Of a stretch of DNA of 64,000 nucleotides, positions 25,960-36,274 are shown piece after piece. The position numbers and the translations under genes are program-made. The notes below the pieces were generated by a model. The model did no database searches. It was not told the DNA's origin and was given only the letters and a program-made list of their open reading frames with translations. Each line of letters begins with the position of its first letter. Positions within the stretch are counted from its first letter, which is position 1. The stretch is from Mobula hypostoma (taxonomy: Eukaryota), in contig NW_026948115.1 of NCBI RefSeq assembly GCF_963921235.1, positions 248,001-312,000 of the forward strand, written 5' to 3'.

Positions 25960-28900
25960 ACCCATGAAAGATGCCCAACGTGACTGTTCAACCAGAGTAC
26001 AGGAGACAACAAACAGCAAACACAAAAAAAGAAATAATTAGCAATAAGTTTTTAAAAAAATCACAATAAATGTCCAGAACATGAGAGAAATAGACCTTGA
26101 AAGTGAGTCCATTTATTATTGTGGAGCGTTTCAAGGACGTGGCAAGTGAATTTACTCCCCCTCTTGCGAGAGCCCGGTGGCCGAGGGGAGGAAACCGGGT
26201 GGCGTGAGTGCTGAGGCCGCGGAGCCTCCCTCCCGATGGCAGCGGCCAGAAGAGAATATGTCCGGGCTGGTGGGGGTCATCATCCCTGGGACAGTGGTTC
26301 ATGTAGATGTGCACAATGGTGGGGAGGGCTTTGCCCGTGATGGACTGGGCCATGTCTTTGTAGGGTTTTCTACCCAAGGGCATGATGTTTCCATGCCATG
26401 CTGTGATGCGGCCAGTCGACAAACTCCCCGCCGTATACTATACACAGAAACATAGAAACATAGAAAATAGGTGCAGGAGTAGGCCATTCGGCCCTTCGAG
26501 CCTGCACCGCCATTTATTATGATCATGGCTGATCATCCAACTCAGAACCCCGCCCCAGCCTTCCCTCCATACCCCCTGATCCCCGTAGCCACAAGGGCCA
26601 TATCTAACTCCCTCTTAAATATAGCCAATGAACTGGCCTCAACTGTTTCCTGTGGCAGAGAATCCCACAGATTCACCACTCTCTGTGTGAAGAAGTTTTT
26701 CCTAATCTCGGTCCTAAAAGGCTTCCCCTCTATCCTCAAACTGTGGCCCCTTGTTCTGGACTTCCCCAACATCGGGAACAATCTTCCTGCATCTAGCCTG
26801 TCCAATCCCTTTAGGATTTTATACGTTTCAATAAGATCCCCCCTCAATCTTCTAAATTCCAACGAGTACAAGCCCAGTTCATCCAGTTTTTCTTCTTATG
26901 AAAGTCCTGCCATCCCAGGAATCAATCTGGTGAACCTTCTTTGTACTCCCTCTATGGCAAGGATGTCTTTCCTCAGATTAGGGGACCAAAACTGCACACA
27001 ATACTCCAGGTGTGGTCTCACCAAGGCCTTGTACAACTACAGTAGTACCTCCCTGCTCCTGTACTCGAATCCTCTCGCTATAAATGCCAGCATATCATTC
27101 GCCTTTTTCACCGCCTGCTGTACCTGCATGCCCACTTTCAATGACTGGTGTATAATGACACCCAGGTCTCGTTGCACCTCCCCTTTTCCTAATCGGCCAC
27201 CATTCAGATAATAATTTGTTTTCCTATTTTTGCCACCAAAGTGGATAACTTCACATTTATCCACATTAATTTGCATCTGCCATGAATTTGCCCACTCACC
27301 CAACCTATCCAAGTCACCCTGCATCCTCTTAGCATCCTCCTCACTGCTAACACTGCCACCCAGCTTCGTGTCATCCGCAAACTTGGAGATGCTGCATTTA
27401 ATTCCCTCATCCAAGTCATTAATATATATTGTAAACAACTGGGGTCCCAGCAGTGAGCCTTGCAGTACCCCACTAGTCACCGCCTGCCATTCTGAAAAGG
27501 TCCCGTTTATTCTCACTCTTTGCTTCCTGTCTGCTAACCAATTCTCCACTCACACCAATACCTTACCCCCAATACCGTGTGCTTTAAGTTTGTACACTAA
27601 TCTCCTGTGTGGGACCTTGTCAAAAGCCTTTTGAAAATCCAAATATACCACATCCACTGGTTCTCCCCTATCCACTCTACTAGTTACATCCTCAAAAAAT
27701 TCTATGAGATTCGTCAGACATGATTTTCCTTTCACAAATCCATGCTGACTTTGTCCGATCATTTCACCGCTTTCCAAATGTGCTGTTATCACATCCTTGA
27801 TAACTGACTCCAGCAGTTTCCCCACCACCGACGTTAGGCTAACCGGTCTATAATTCCCCGGTTTCTCTCTCCCTCCTTTTTTAAAAAGTGGAGTTACATT
27901 AGCCACCCTCCAATCCTCAGGAACTAGTCCAGAATCTAACGAGTTTTGAAAAATTATCACTAATGCATCCACTATTTCTTGGGCTACTTCCTTAAGCATT
28001 CTAGGATGCAGACCATCTGGCCCTGGGGATTTATCTGCCTTCAATCCCTTCAATTTACCTAACACCACTTCCCTACTAACATCTATTTCCCTCAGTTCCT
28101 CCATCTCACTGGACCCTCTGTCCCCTACTATTTCTGGAAGATTATTTATGTCCTCCTTAGTGAAGACAGAACCAAAGTAATTATTCAATTGGTCTGCCAT
28201 GTCCTTGCTCCCCATAATCAATTCACCTGTTTCTGTCTGCAGGGGACCTACATTTGTCTTTATCAGTCTTTTCCTTTTTACATATCTATAAAAGCTTTTA
28301 CAGTCCGTTTTTATGTTCCCTGCCAGTTTTCTCTCATAATCTCTTTTCCCCTTCCTAATTAAGCCCTTTGTCCTCCTCTGCTGAACTCTGAATTTCTCCC
28401 AGTCCTCAGGTGAGCCACTTTCTCTGGCTAATTTGTATGCTTCTTCTTTGGAATTGATACTATCCCTAATTTCTCTTGTCAGCCACGGGTGCACTACCTT
28501 CCTTGATTTATTCTTTTGCCAAACTGGGATGAACAATTGTTGTAGTTCATCCATGCAACCTTTAAACGCTTGCCATTGCATATCCACCGTCAATCCTTTA
28601 AGTGTCATTTCCCAGTCTATCTTAGCTAATTCACGTCTCATACCTTCAAAGTTACCCCTCTTTAAGTTCAGAACCTTTGTTTCTGAATTAACTATGTCAC
28701 TCTCCATCTTAATGAAGAATTCCACCATATTATGGTCACTCTTACCCAAGGGGCTTCTCACGACAAGATTGCTAATTAACCCTTCCTCATTGCTCAAAAC
28801 CCAGTCCAGAATAGCCTGCTCTCCAGTTGGTTCCTCGATATGTTGGTTCAAAAAACCATCCCGCATACATTCCAAGAAATTCTCTTCCTCAGCATCTTTA

Positions 28901-29810
28901 CCAATTTGGTTCACCCAATCTACATGTAGATTGAAGTTACCCATTATAACTGCTGTTCCTTTATTGCACACATTTCTAATTTCCTGTTTAATACCATCTC
29001 CGACCTCACTACTACTGTTAGGTGGCCTGTACACAACTCCCACCAGCGTCTTCTGCCCCTTAGTGTTACGCAGCTCTACCCATATCGATTCCACATCTTC
29101 CCGGCTTATGTCCTTCTTTTCTATTGCGTTAATCTCTTCTTTAACCAGCAACGCCACCCCACCTCCCCTTCCTTCATGTCTATCCCTCCTGAATATTGAA
29201 TATCCCTGAACGTTGAGCTCCCATCCCTGGTCACCCTGGAGCCATGTCTCTGTGATCCCAACTATATCATAATTATTAATAACAATCTGCACTTTCAATT
29301 CATCCACCTTATTAAGAATGCTCCTTGCATTGACACACAAAGCCTTCAGGCGCTCTTTTACAACTCTTTTAGCCCTTATACAATTATGTTGAAAAGTGGC
29401 CCTTTTTAATGCTTGCCCTGGATTTGTCGGCCTGCCACTTTTACTTTTCTCCTTAGTACTTTTTGCTTCTACCCTCACTTTACACCCCTCTGTCTCTCTG
29501 CACTGGTTCCCATCCCCCTGTTTTGAACTAACCTCCTCACGCCTAGCCTCTTTAATTTGAAGCCCTTCAACGTCTCGCACGTCGCGCTGACTCTCCGCAA
29601 ACTCCTAAGGAAACATAGGATTTGCTGCGTATTCCCCGCAATCACCCAAATGCCAAGACAGCTCCTCCAAAATAACCAAGCAATATAAAGTTGCTGACCC
29701 TCCCCACCTCTCATCTTCCGATGAGGAGCGGCTGATGGATTTCTGCTTTCCTTCTCCTGAAGTCAATGATCAGCTCTTAGGTCTTGCTGTCATTGAGTAA
29801 GAGGTTGTTT
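25960..29810 (-). mobile_element. Rex1/Babar fragment split by CR1 copy A (parts 25960-26446 and 29559-29810)
   Basis: GRITAWHGN..LPSGGRLR on the left part; KELIIDFRR-like remnant on the right part; the halves join at GAA. Confidence 0.75.
26447..29558 (-). mobile_element. Near-complete CR1 ORF2 (APE plus RT; copy A), one frame with two nonsense codons
   Basis: ORFs 27550-29580, 27037-27549 and 26542-26871 are all in one frame, with stops TGA 27550-27552 and TAG 27037-27039. The 3' tail reads (GAAACATA)n on +. Confidence 0.95.
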
Positions 29811-29869
29811 CAGTGTTTGTTGGAGAGAAATACCATTTTGTTTCGACAAGTCAAGTACATTTCCACACC

Positions 29870-30070
29870 AGACACACTTACAGTATTCTCACCCTGACAC
29901 ATTTACAGTATTCTCACCCTGACACATTTACAGTATTCTCACTGACACACTTACAGTATTCTCACCCTGACACACTTACAATATTCTCACCCTGACACAC
30001 TTATAGTGTTCTCACCCTGACACACTTACAGTATTCTCACTGACACCCACAGTTTATCAGTATTCTCTCC
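29870..30070. repeat. ~23-25 bp minisatellite (CAGTATTCTCACCCTGACACACTTA), ~8 copies
   Basis: Direct repeats visible, ending just upstream of the pseudo-exon acceptor. Confidence 0.9.
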
Positions 30071-30089
30071 CCCGGTAGACTGTAAGCAG

Positions 30090-30287
30090 ATGGCCTTGCT
30101 GGGACAGGAGCCAGTACTGTTCAGTCGGCCTTGGTGGGAGAAGAACTAATACTGTTGATACTGTCGGTCGATCGGGTACAGCATCCGCTACAGCCTGCAG
30201 AACTGCCCACAAGCAGCCATCACAGCGGCAGCTGAGAGAGCCAATGCACAGGCATTAATCGAGAGAATTGATCACGAATATCAACGG
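30090..30287 (+). pseudogene. TAP-family (TAP2/ABCB9-like) Q-loop pseudo-exon
   Basis: cag|MALLGQEPVLFSR[39-nt insert]SIGYSIRYSLQNCPQAAITAAAERANAQALIERIDHEYQ|gtaaca aligns to TAP2 VVSVGQEPVLFSGSVRNNIAYGLQSC...AAAQAAHADDFIQEMEHGIYT. It is 159 nt without the insert, versus 160 nt for the human TAP2 exon as I recall it. The insert carries stops. Confidence 0.85.
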
Positions 30288-30424
30288 GTAACAGAACTAT
30301 CCTTGTCACAGTCACATGGGACACACTCAATGTTTGTGACTCTGGTAACACTGGCGGTAAACAGCAAGGACCCAGTGCAGAACATCTGTGACACACGATT
30401 GACACGGAATCGTGGAGCGCCGGG

Positions 30425-30600
30425 ATATGTGGGATACTCGGCCCAGCAAGGTCTCCGCACAGGCCGATTGCCTGGTGGCCATACACCTCGGAGTTGACTA
30501 TGCCGGCACAGCAGCCGGTGACTGGACACAGCCTGAGAATAGACAGGCTCTGCTGGAGGCGGACTGTTTTTAATTCCATTCACGGCCTCATTGTCTGCAT
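30425..30600 (+). pseudogene. Candidate heavily decayed TAP signature / Walker B / H-loop region
   Basis: ATGTGGGA (~DVG), SKVSAQ at 30445-30462 (~SQLSAGQ), LDT..ENRQAL (~LD..CEQAL), RTVFNSIHGL at 30560-30589 (~RTVLVIAHRL); several frameshifts are needed. Confidence 0.45.
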
Positions 30601-30959
30601 TTGAAATGTTAAAGGCGGTGCAAGGTCCCGCCTGCCTCATGGTGAGATAAAAAAGGATGCTACGAAGAACAACAGGCGAGCCCAGGATAATCTGTCCCGG
30701 CCAATTTTAATCCCATCACAAACATATCTTACCAAACTGTCTTTATTACCTCACAGATCACTCATCACAACATTTGAAATTGTAAAGACATGATAGGAAT
30801 ACAAAACAAGGACTTCTGCATTTTATGTGTCTTGCACAAGATTGTTAAAGAACCGTGAACATTTCCACGTAATCGTCCAGCCCAGCCCAGCCCAGGAGCC
30901 GAGCCGAGCCGAGCCGTCTGAAACCGGAGAGGAAACCGTGCTCACCCCGAGCAAAACAA

Positions 30960-31023
30960 GAACCTTTCCGGAGATAATCTGCCCAGCAACTGGTGATGCG
31001 GCGGCAGGGAGCGCCCTGATTGC
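30960..31023 (+). promoter_or_regulatory. MHC-type S-X1-X2-Y module
   Basis: S AACCT 30961-30965; 16 bp; X1 CCCAGCAACTGGTG 30982-30995 (13/14 to CCYAGNRACNGATG); X2 TGATGCG (~TGACGCG); 20 bp; Y CTGATTGC 31016-31023 (~CTGATTGG). It lies in a CpG-retaining stretch. Confidence 0.7.
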
Positions 31024-31103
31024 TCCGCTGGAAATAACTCCAGTCCGTGTGTTTTAATGTGAACAGCGGCGGTGAGGGGGGAGGGGGGGGAGAGTATCAG
31101 CAA

Positions 31104-31177
31104 CGAAAATAAAACCTTTCTGAGTCGGGGGATTTCCAGGCGATGTGACCCAGGGGCAGGTCGACTGGAAAATCCCC
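31104..31177. promoter_or_regulatory. IRF-like motif plus two inverted NF-kB sites
   Basis: GGGGATTTCC at 31128-31137 and GGAAAATCCCC at 31167-31177; GAAAATAAAACC near 31106 is one mismatch from GAAANNGAAAC. Confidence 0.6.
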
Positions 31178-31197
31178 TCATCAGTGAAGGCGTGTGA

Positions 31198-31590
31198 GGG
31201 TGGCGGGGTGAGGGATGAGGTGGGGGGAGGGGTGGCAGGGTGAGGGATGAGGAGGAGGGGTGAAGGATGAGGGGGAGGGGTGAGGGATGAGGGGGAGAGG
31301 TGAGGGATGAGATGTGGAGGGGTGAGGGATGAGGTGGGGTGAGGGATGAGGTGGGGGAGGGGTGGCGAGGTGAGGGATGAGGGGAAGGGGTGAGGGATGA
31401 GGTGGGGGGAGGGGTGGCAGGGTGAGGGATGAGGAGGAGGGGTGAGGGATGAGGGGGAGGGGTGAGGGATGAGATGTGGAGGGGTGAGGGATGAGGTGGG
31501 GTGAGGGATGAGGTGGGGGAGGGGTGGCGAGGTGAGGGATGAGGGGAAGGGGTGAGGGATGAGGTGGAGGGGTGGAATGAGGGGAAGAGT
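31198..31590. repeat. Purine-rich composite tandem repeat (GGGGTGAGGGATGAG core)
   Basis: Direct repeats visible. Confidence 0.9.
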
Positions 31591-32156
31591 GAAGCTGTGA
31601 GAACTGGACAGGTTGCAAACACAAGCAGAGCCTGACACTCCCATACATTCCCCGAACATTCCTGACCGCAACTACATCAACTCACACTGAACATCTCATT
31701 AGTGGTCTCAGTGGCGGGCGGGGAGAGGGTCCATGGTCCATACATGATGAAGGGTGGACTCTGCTGTAGGAAGGAAGGACTGGTGGCTGTGTTCAGTGTA
31801 TCTGAGGGTTTTGGGGTGGGAGAAGGGGGCGCACACCAGGAAACACAAATGCTTCTCATGGACTTCTCCCTCTCTCCCTGCAGACAGAGGCACAGTACTG
31901 GCATAAGTCTCCACAGGCCCACCCCACTGACCCCAGTTCAATGGCCCCTCCTAAACAGAGTTCTGTGTTAAAGTGAACCAGTGTGTAATAGGCCCTTCAT
32001 ATCCCACAGGGAGTGGCTCAGACATAAGTCTAGTTTATTGCTGATGGTGAAGCTTCCCCCATGATAATAGCATTCCTTTTCCAGTTTTCCCCTGCAAAAG
32101 GTGAAGCAACATTTTGTTCTTGAACTGCTCAGTTCTCCTGTCCGCCATTCTAGAGG

Positions 32157-34150
32157 TGTCACAATGGGAACAGACCCAAATGCAAGACACAGATACTGAA
32201 GTACAAGGAACAGGACGTGAATAGAGTAGGGACGTGACAGGATACAGACCAGGAGCAGGGACAAGAATGTAGACTTGGGCTAGGACATGGACAAGACAGG
32301 GAACCCGGACTAGGAACCATGACTAGGAGCCTGGGCTTGGGCTCCAAGCCAGAGACTGGACAAGGACCCAGAATCTGGGTCTTGCCTCAGGCTCAGGCCC
32401 CAGAACCAGGCAAGGACAGGACATGACTACAGGACAGGAGACTGGGGTCTTGAGGCTTGTGTCATAAGGGGGTGGCTGGGAACAGACCCAAGTGCAAGAC
32501 GGGACTAGGATACAGGGTGAGGGTTAGGACATGGACACGAAAACCTGGAACCCGGAACAGGACTGGACAACAGAGCTAGGAGTCCGGGTTTGGACCAGAG
32601 ACTTGAGGTGAGGCTTGAGACCAGAGACTTGAGGCGAGGCTGGAGACCAGAGACTTGAGATTAGAGGCTTGAGGCTTGGGGTCTTGAAACTTGGCTTGGA
32701 GCGAGGTTCGGCTAGAGACTTGAGGTGAGGCGAGGCTTGGCTAGAGACTTGGGGCGAGGCTCGAGGCTTGGGGTCTTCAAACTCCTCCTGGGCAGGGTGC
32801 GGTACTCCACCCGATGGAGGCAAGGGACAGGAAAGGACAGAACCAACCGTAGGTAATGGCAAGATGGCCTGGCTTACCCGGCAGAGGAAAGGGACAGGAA
32901 GGGAGCTAGGTACAGGGTGGCTCCAAGACAAGACTGCAGCCGAGATGAGGCGAGAGTTACCAGCAAGACAAGGCAGGGCTTCAGGCAAGGAAACAGAAGG
33001 CAGGGGAAGGGATACAAGGAGTAAGGACAAGAACAATCCAGCAGCCACACCCTGGTCTCTGGAGGTATTTATGCAGCCAGCCCCAACGAGAATCAGCTGC
33101 CTTAATTAGTGCTCAACAGGAACAGAAACAGGGTAGAGAGGAAAATCCGGAGCAAGGGTCGACGGAGCGGACTGTGAACCGGAATACGGACTTCACGGAC
33201 CGGACCATGACAGCTTGAGCTTGGAGACAGGCTGGGGTCTTGAGGCTTGGAGACAGGCTGGGGTCTTGGGGCTTGAGCTTGGGGACAGGCTGGGGTCTTG
33301 GGTCTTGAGGCTGCAGGCTGGGGTCTTGAGTCTTGGAATGCAGAGGCTGGAGCTCAGAGACAGACTGGAAACTGTACATCAACATAGAGCCGGGACTTAT
33401 CCTTCGTAAAGCCAGGACTCATCTTTAACACGACACTAACATGAGACTGAACTGTACATAGATATAGAGCCAAGACTTATCCTTAGACAAGCCGGGACTC
33501 AACTTCATCTCCACATCAAGGTGGGACAGGACCATCCGTTGGGTAACGGCAGAACGGCCGGACTTACCCAACAGAGGCAGAGACAAAGACAAGACAAGAC
33601 AGATCCCCCCACAGGGCAACAGCAGAACGGCCTGACTTACTCCACTGAGGTGAGGACAAGACAAGACAGATCTCCCTGCAGGGCAACGGAAGAACGGTTT
33701 GACTTACCCCACGGAGGCGAGGACAAGAAGAGACAAACACTGAAGAACGACGGACAGTTCCATCTCTGCATCGGGGTTGCTCCGAGTCGCAGTTATGGCC
33801 AGCGACCTTGGCTGGCTACGGAAACAGCCGGATCCCTACCTAGTTTGGAGTGGCTGGCAGCCACTCAGCTGGCCCGGGAAACGGCCAAATCCATACCGCA
33901 AAGACAGCTCCGACTACCAACAGCAAGGCTCCAGGAGGGGATGGTTCCCCAACGTGGCCTAAAGATGGCAAGTGGCTGCTCTAGCCTTCCACCATCAGGT
34001 TGGTCCCAGGGAATCTTGGCAAGACAAACCAGCAGCCCACACCTGACCCCAAGGCCACTTATATTCCAAGCCCCAAGATGGGAATCAGGTACCTATGATT
34101 AACTCAACCAAAACAAGGGACAGCTGGAAGCTGGCTCTGTTTCAGAGCTA
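32157..34150. mobile_element. LTR-like element (host of the nested solo LTR); right boundary uncertain
   Basis: Starts TGTCAC..GGGAACAGACCCAAATGCAAGAC, the same start as the nested LTR; internal short tandem repeats; no coding remnant recognised. Confidence 0.55.
32460..33212. mobile_element. Solo LTR
   Basis: TG...CA termini with a perfect 5-bp TSD GCTTG at 32455-32459 and 33213-33217. Confidence 0.85.
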
Positions 34151-34609
34151 CAACCTGCATTGTTCTATGATTTCTGCCCCCCCAGCCTTGTGTATTTGTT
34201 CCTTTCAACTCTCAATGGTTCAGACTAGTCAAACTAGGTGACCCAGACACTGAGTCTAATGAGATTGCAGATTGCTTCTTCGGTAGGTCTGGCACTTTAC
34301 ACTGAGAATTGTTTTAGGTTTAGCAGGTCAATACCTGAAGCTCCTTGTGTCCACACTCAATTGCTCTGATTAGATTGTCCCAGAGCAAGAATCAGTTCAG
34401 AGTTCACAAATTGGGGAGGTGGGGTCGTGGGGGAGACTGCAAGGACAGTCTCACAAACTGGGCGTCTCCATCCCACTGTCCTTCAAGTTCAACATTTTCT
34501 TCCATATCTCAAATCTGCCATGGCCAATACTAGATCCTCAAAAATGTGAACCAAGGATTTTAAAGTTGCTGGCCCTCTCCATCTCTGATTCCCTGATGAG
34601 TACTGGCTC

Positions 34610-35000
34610 ATAGACCACCGTTTCCTCCTTCTGAAATCAATAAGCAGCTCCTTGGTCTTGCTGACACTGAGTGAGAAGTTGTTGCTGTGGCACCACTCAG
34701 GCAGATTTTAATCTCCCTCTTATCTGCTGATTTGCCGCCACCTTTGATTTGACCAATGGCAATGATGCTGTCAGCAAATTTAAATATAGTTTTGGAGCTT
34801 TGCTTAGCCTCAAAGTCATCAGTATAAAGCGAGTAGAGCAGGGGCTAGGCACACGGCCTTGTTGTGTACCTGTGCTGATGGAGACTGTGGAGGGGATGTT
34901 GTTGCCAATCCCAGCTGACTGGAGTCTGCAAGTGAGGAAATCGAGGGTCCAATTACACAAGGAGGTATTGAGGTGGAGGTCTTGAAACTTATTCATTATG
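34610..35000 (-). mobile_element. Rex1/Babar RT fragment
   Basis: LCNWTLDFLT.R.Q...STG..QG remnant. Confidence 0.75.
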
Positions 35001-35029
35001 GAATGATATGAAGTGAAGAATTTGAATTA

Positions 35030-35950
35030 GGGGGTTGATTTGCAGGGAAGAATTAGAAAGAGAGAAAAAAGGAACTGGAATAGTGCAGGAGCAGGGACAG
35101 GTTTATTTGATGAAATTGAGTTAATTTCAGAGTCAGTATGAACACCAGAGAAAAGGAGGAACGTGGGGAGGAAGGTAAACAGATGCATACGGAAGTCAGT
35201 GTCAGGATTGATGTACTGCGATGATTGTAGTACAGCATTTGACATTAGATAAGTGTTTTGAACAGATGGAGAAACTGCAGGCACAACTGAGAGGAGTCAG
35301 ATGTGTATTTAGAGTGAGGACATGTGGTGGTGATGTTATAGATTGAGGTGATTTGGCAATTGAGGCTACACACTACAACAATGAGCATGTTTGGAGGAAT
35401 GGTCCAAAGCCCTCTGGACCTCTCCATGAGGAGGCAGAGTTTTCAATCCCAGAAACCCCAACAGTCCCCAGTGGTGCCTGCCTTAACGGAGAGAGTTCAG
35501 GGGATACTGCAGCCAGGGGATCTGCCTCTTATGATGTAGACTGATTAAGTGCTACAGTTGCAAATATACCAAAGAATGAGCTGAGAAATGATCATGGAGA
35601 ACTTTTCCAGTGTATTTGGCAGCGCAGGGTAAAACATGGTATCAATGAAGGGGAGGAGTTAAGATTAACCTTTTATGTCTAACTTCAGCACTACATTCAT
35701 CTGGAGCTGGAACAAGGCCAGGGAACTCAGGGTGATATTAGATGCAGGGATTAATGAGGGTGACCTGGTGGAGGCTCTACATAAATGGTAAATAGTGAAA
35801 AGAGGAGCACTAGTGAAGTTTTTTGAGTATTTACTGTCCTATTTTGGATAAACAGATTTTAAGTCAAGAGCAAAGTAGTAACTGCCTTAGGACCCTAGTA
35901 TTGCAGTATTAAGAAGCATTCTGGAGTTATGTGAATATAACAGATATTAA
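35030..35950. mobile_element. Old LINE remnants (ORF1-like zipper on +; possible L1-like piece on -)
   Basis: LDKCFEQMEKLQAQLRGVR resembles a LINE ORF1 zipper; very degenerate. Confidence 0.3.
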
Positions 35951-36274
35951 TTCAAACAACCAGATTTCAGTTCTTATTTTAAATATAAATAAGTTCAGGA
36001 AGCTTGCAATTAGTTTTCAGTGTTTGTTATAAATTATAAGCAGTAATTTGAATTTAAAAGCCCACAGACTAAGAAATATGGTTTGCAAAATGGTGAACAT
36101 GAGGCTTTAGCATAAGCATGAGCCAAATGTTAAGACAACGGGGTTGTGTTAATTGGCCTGCACCAATCCAGGCAACATGGGCTGTTACCATTGTGACCAT
36201 TGTGACTGAGTTCAAGCTGACAGACCAGATAGATGTTGTCACTTAGCATATAAAACATGGTCACAGGTAAAGGC

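Noticed and set aside
30220-30640. Minus-strand ORFs considered as a TAP N-terminal (TMD0) exon or an endogenous viral gene
   Set aside because: Matches were short and needed several frameshifts, while the plus strand has a clear Q-loop exon.
30877-30916. (CAGCC)n(GAGCC)n as Ig switch-like repeats
   Set aside because: Only ~8 units, so an ordinary microsatellite.
31677-31922. Minus ORF beginning MGLWRLMPVLCLCLQG as a signal-peptide exon
   Set aside because: GTG start, no donor at the expected place and no downstream exons.
31884-32150. Possible class I alpha1, B2M or PSMB pseudo-exon after the acceptor at 31883
   Set aside because: Only a faint HSL..ST..PQF resemblance with multiple stops; not supportable.
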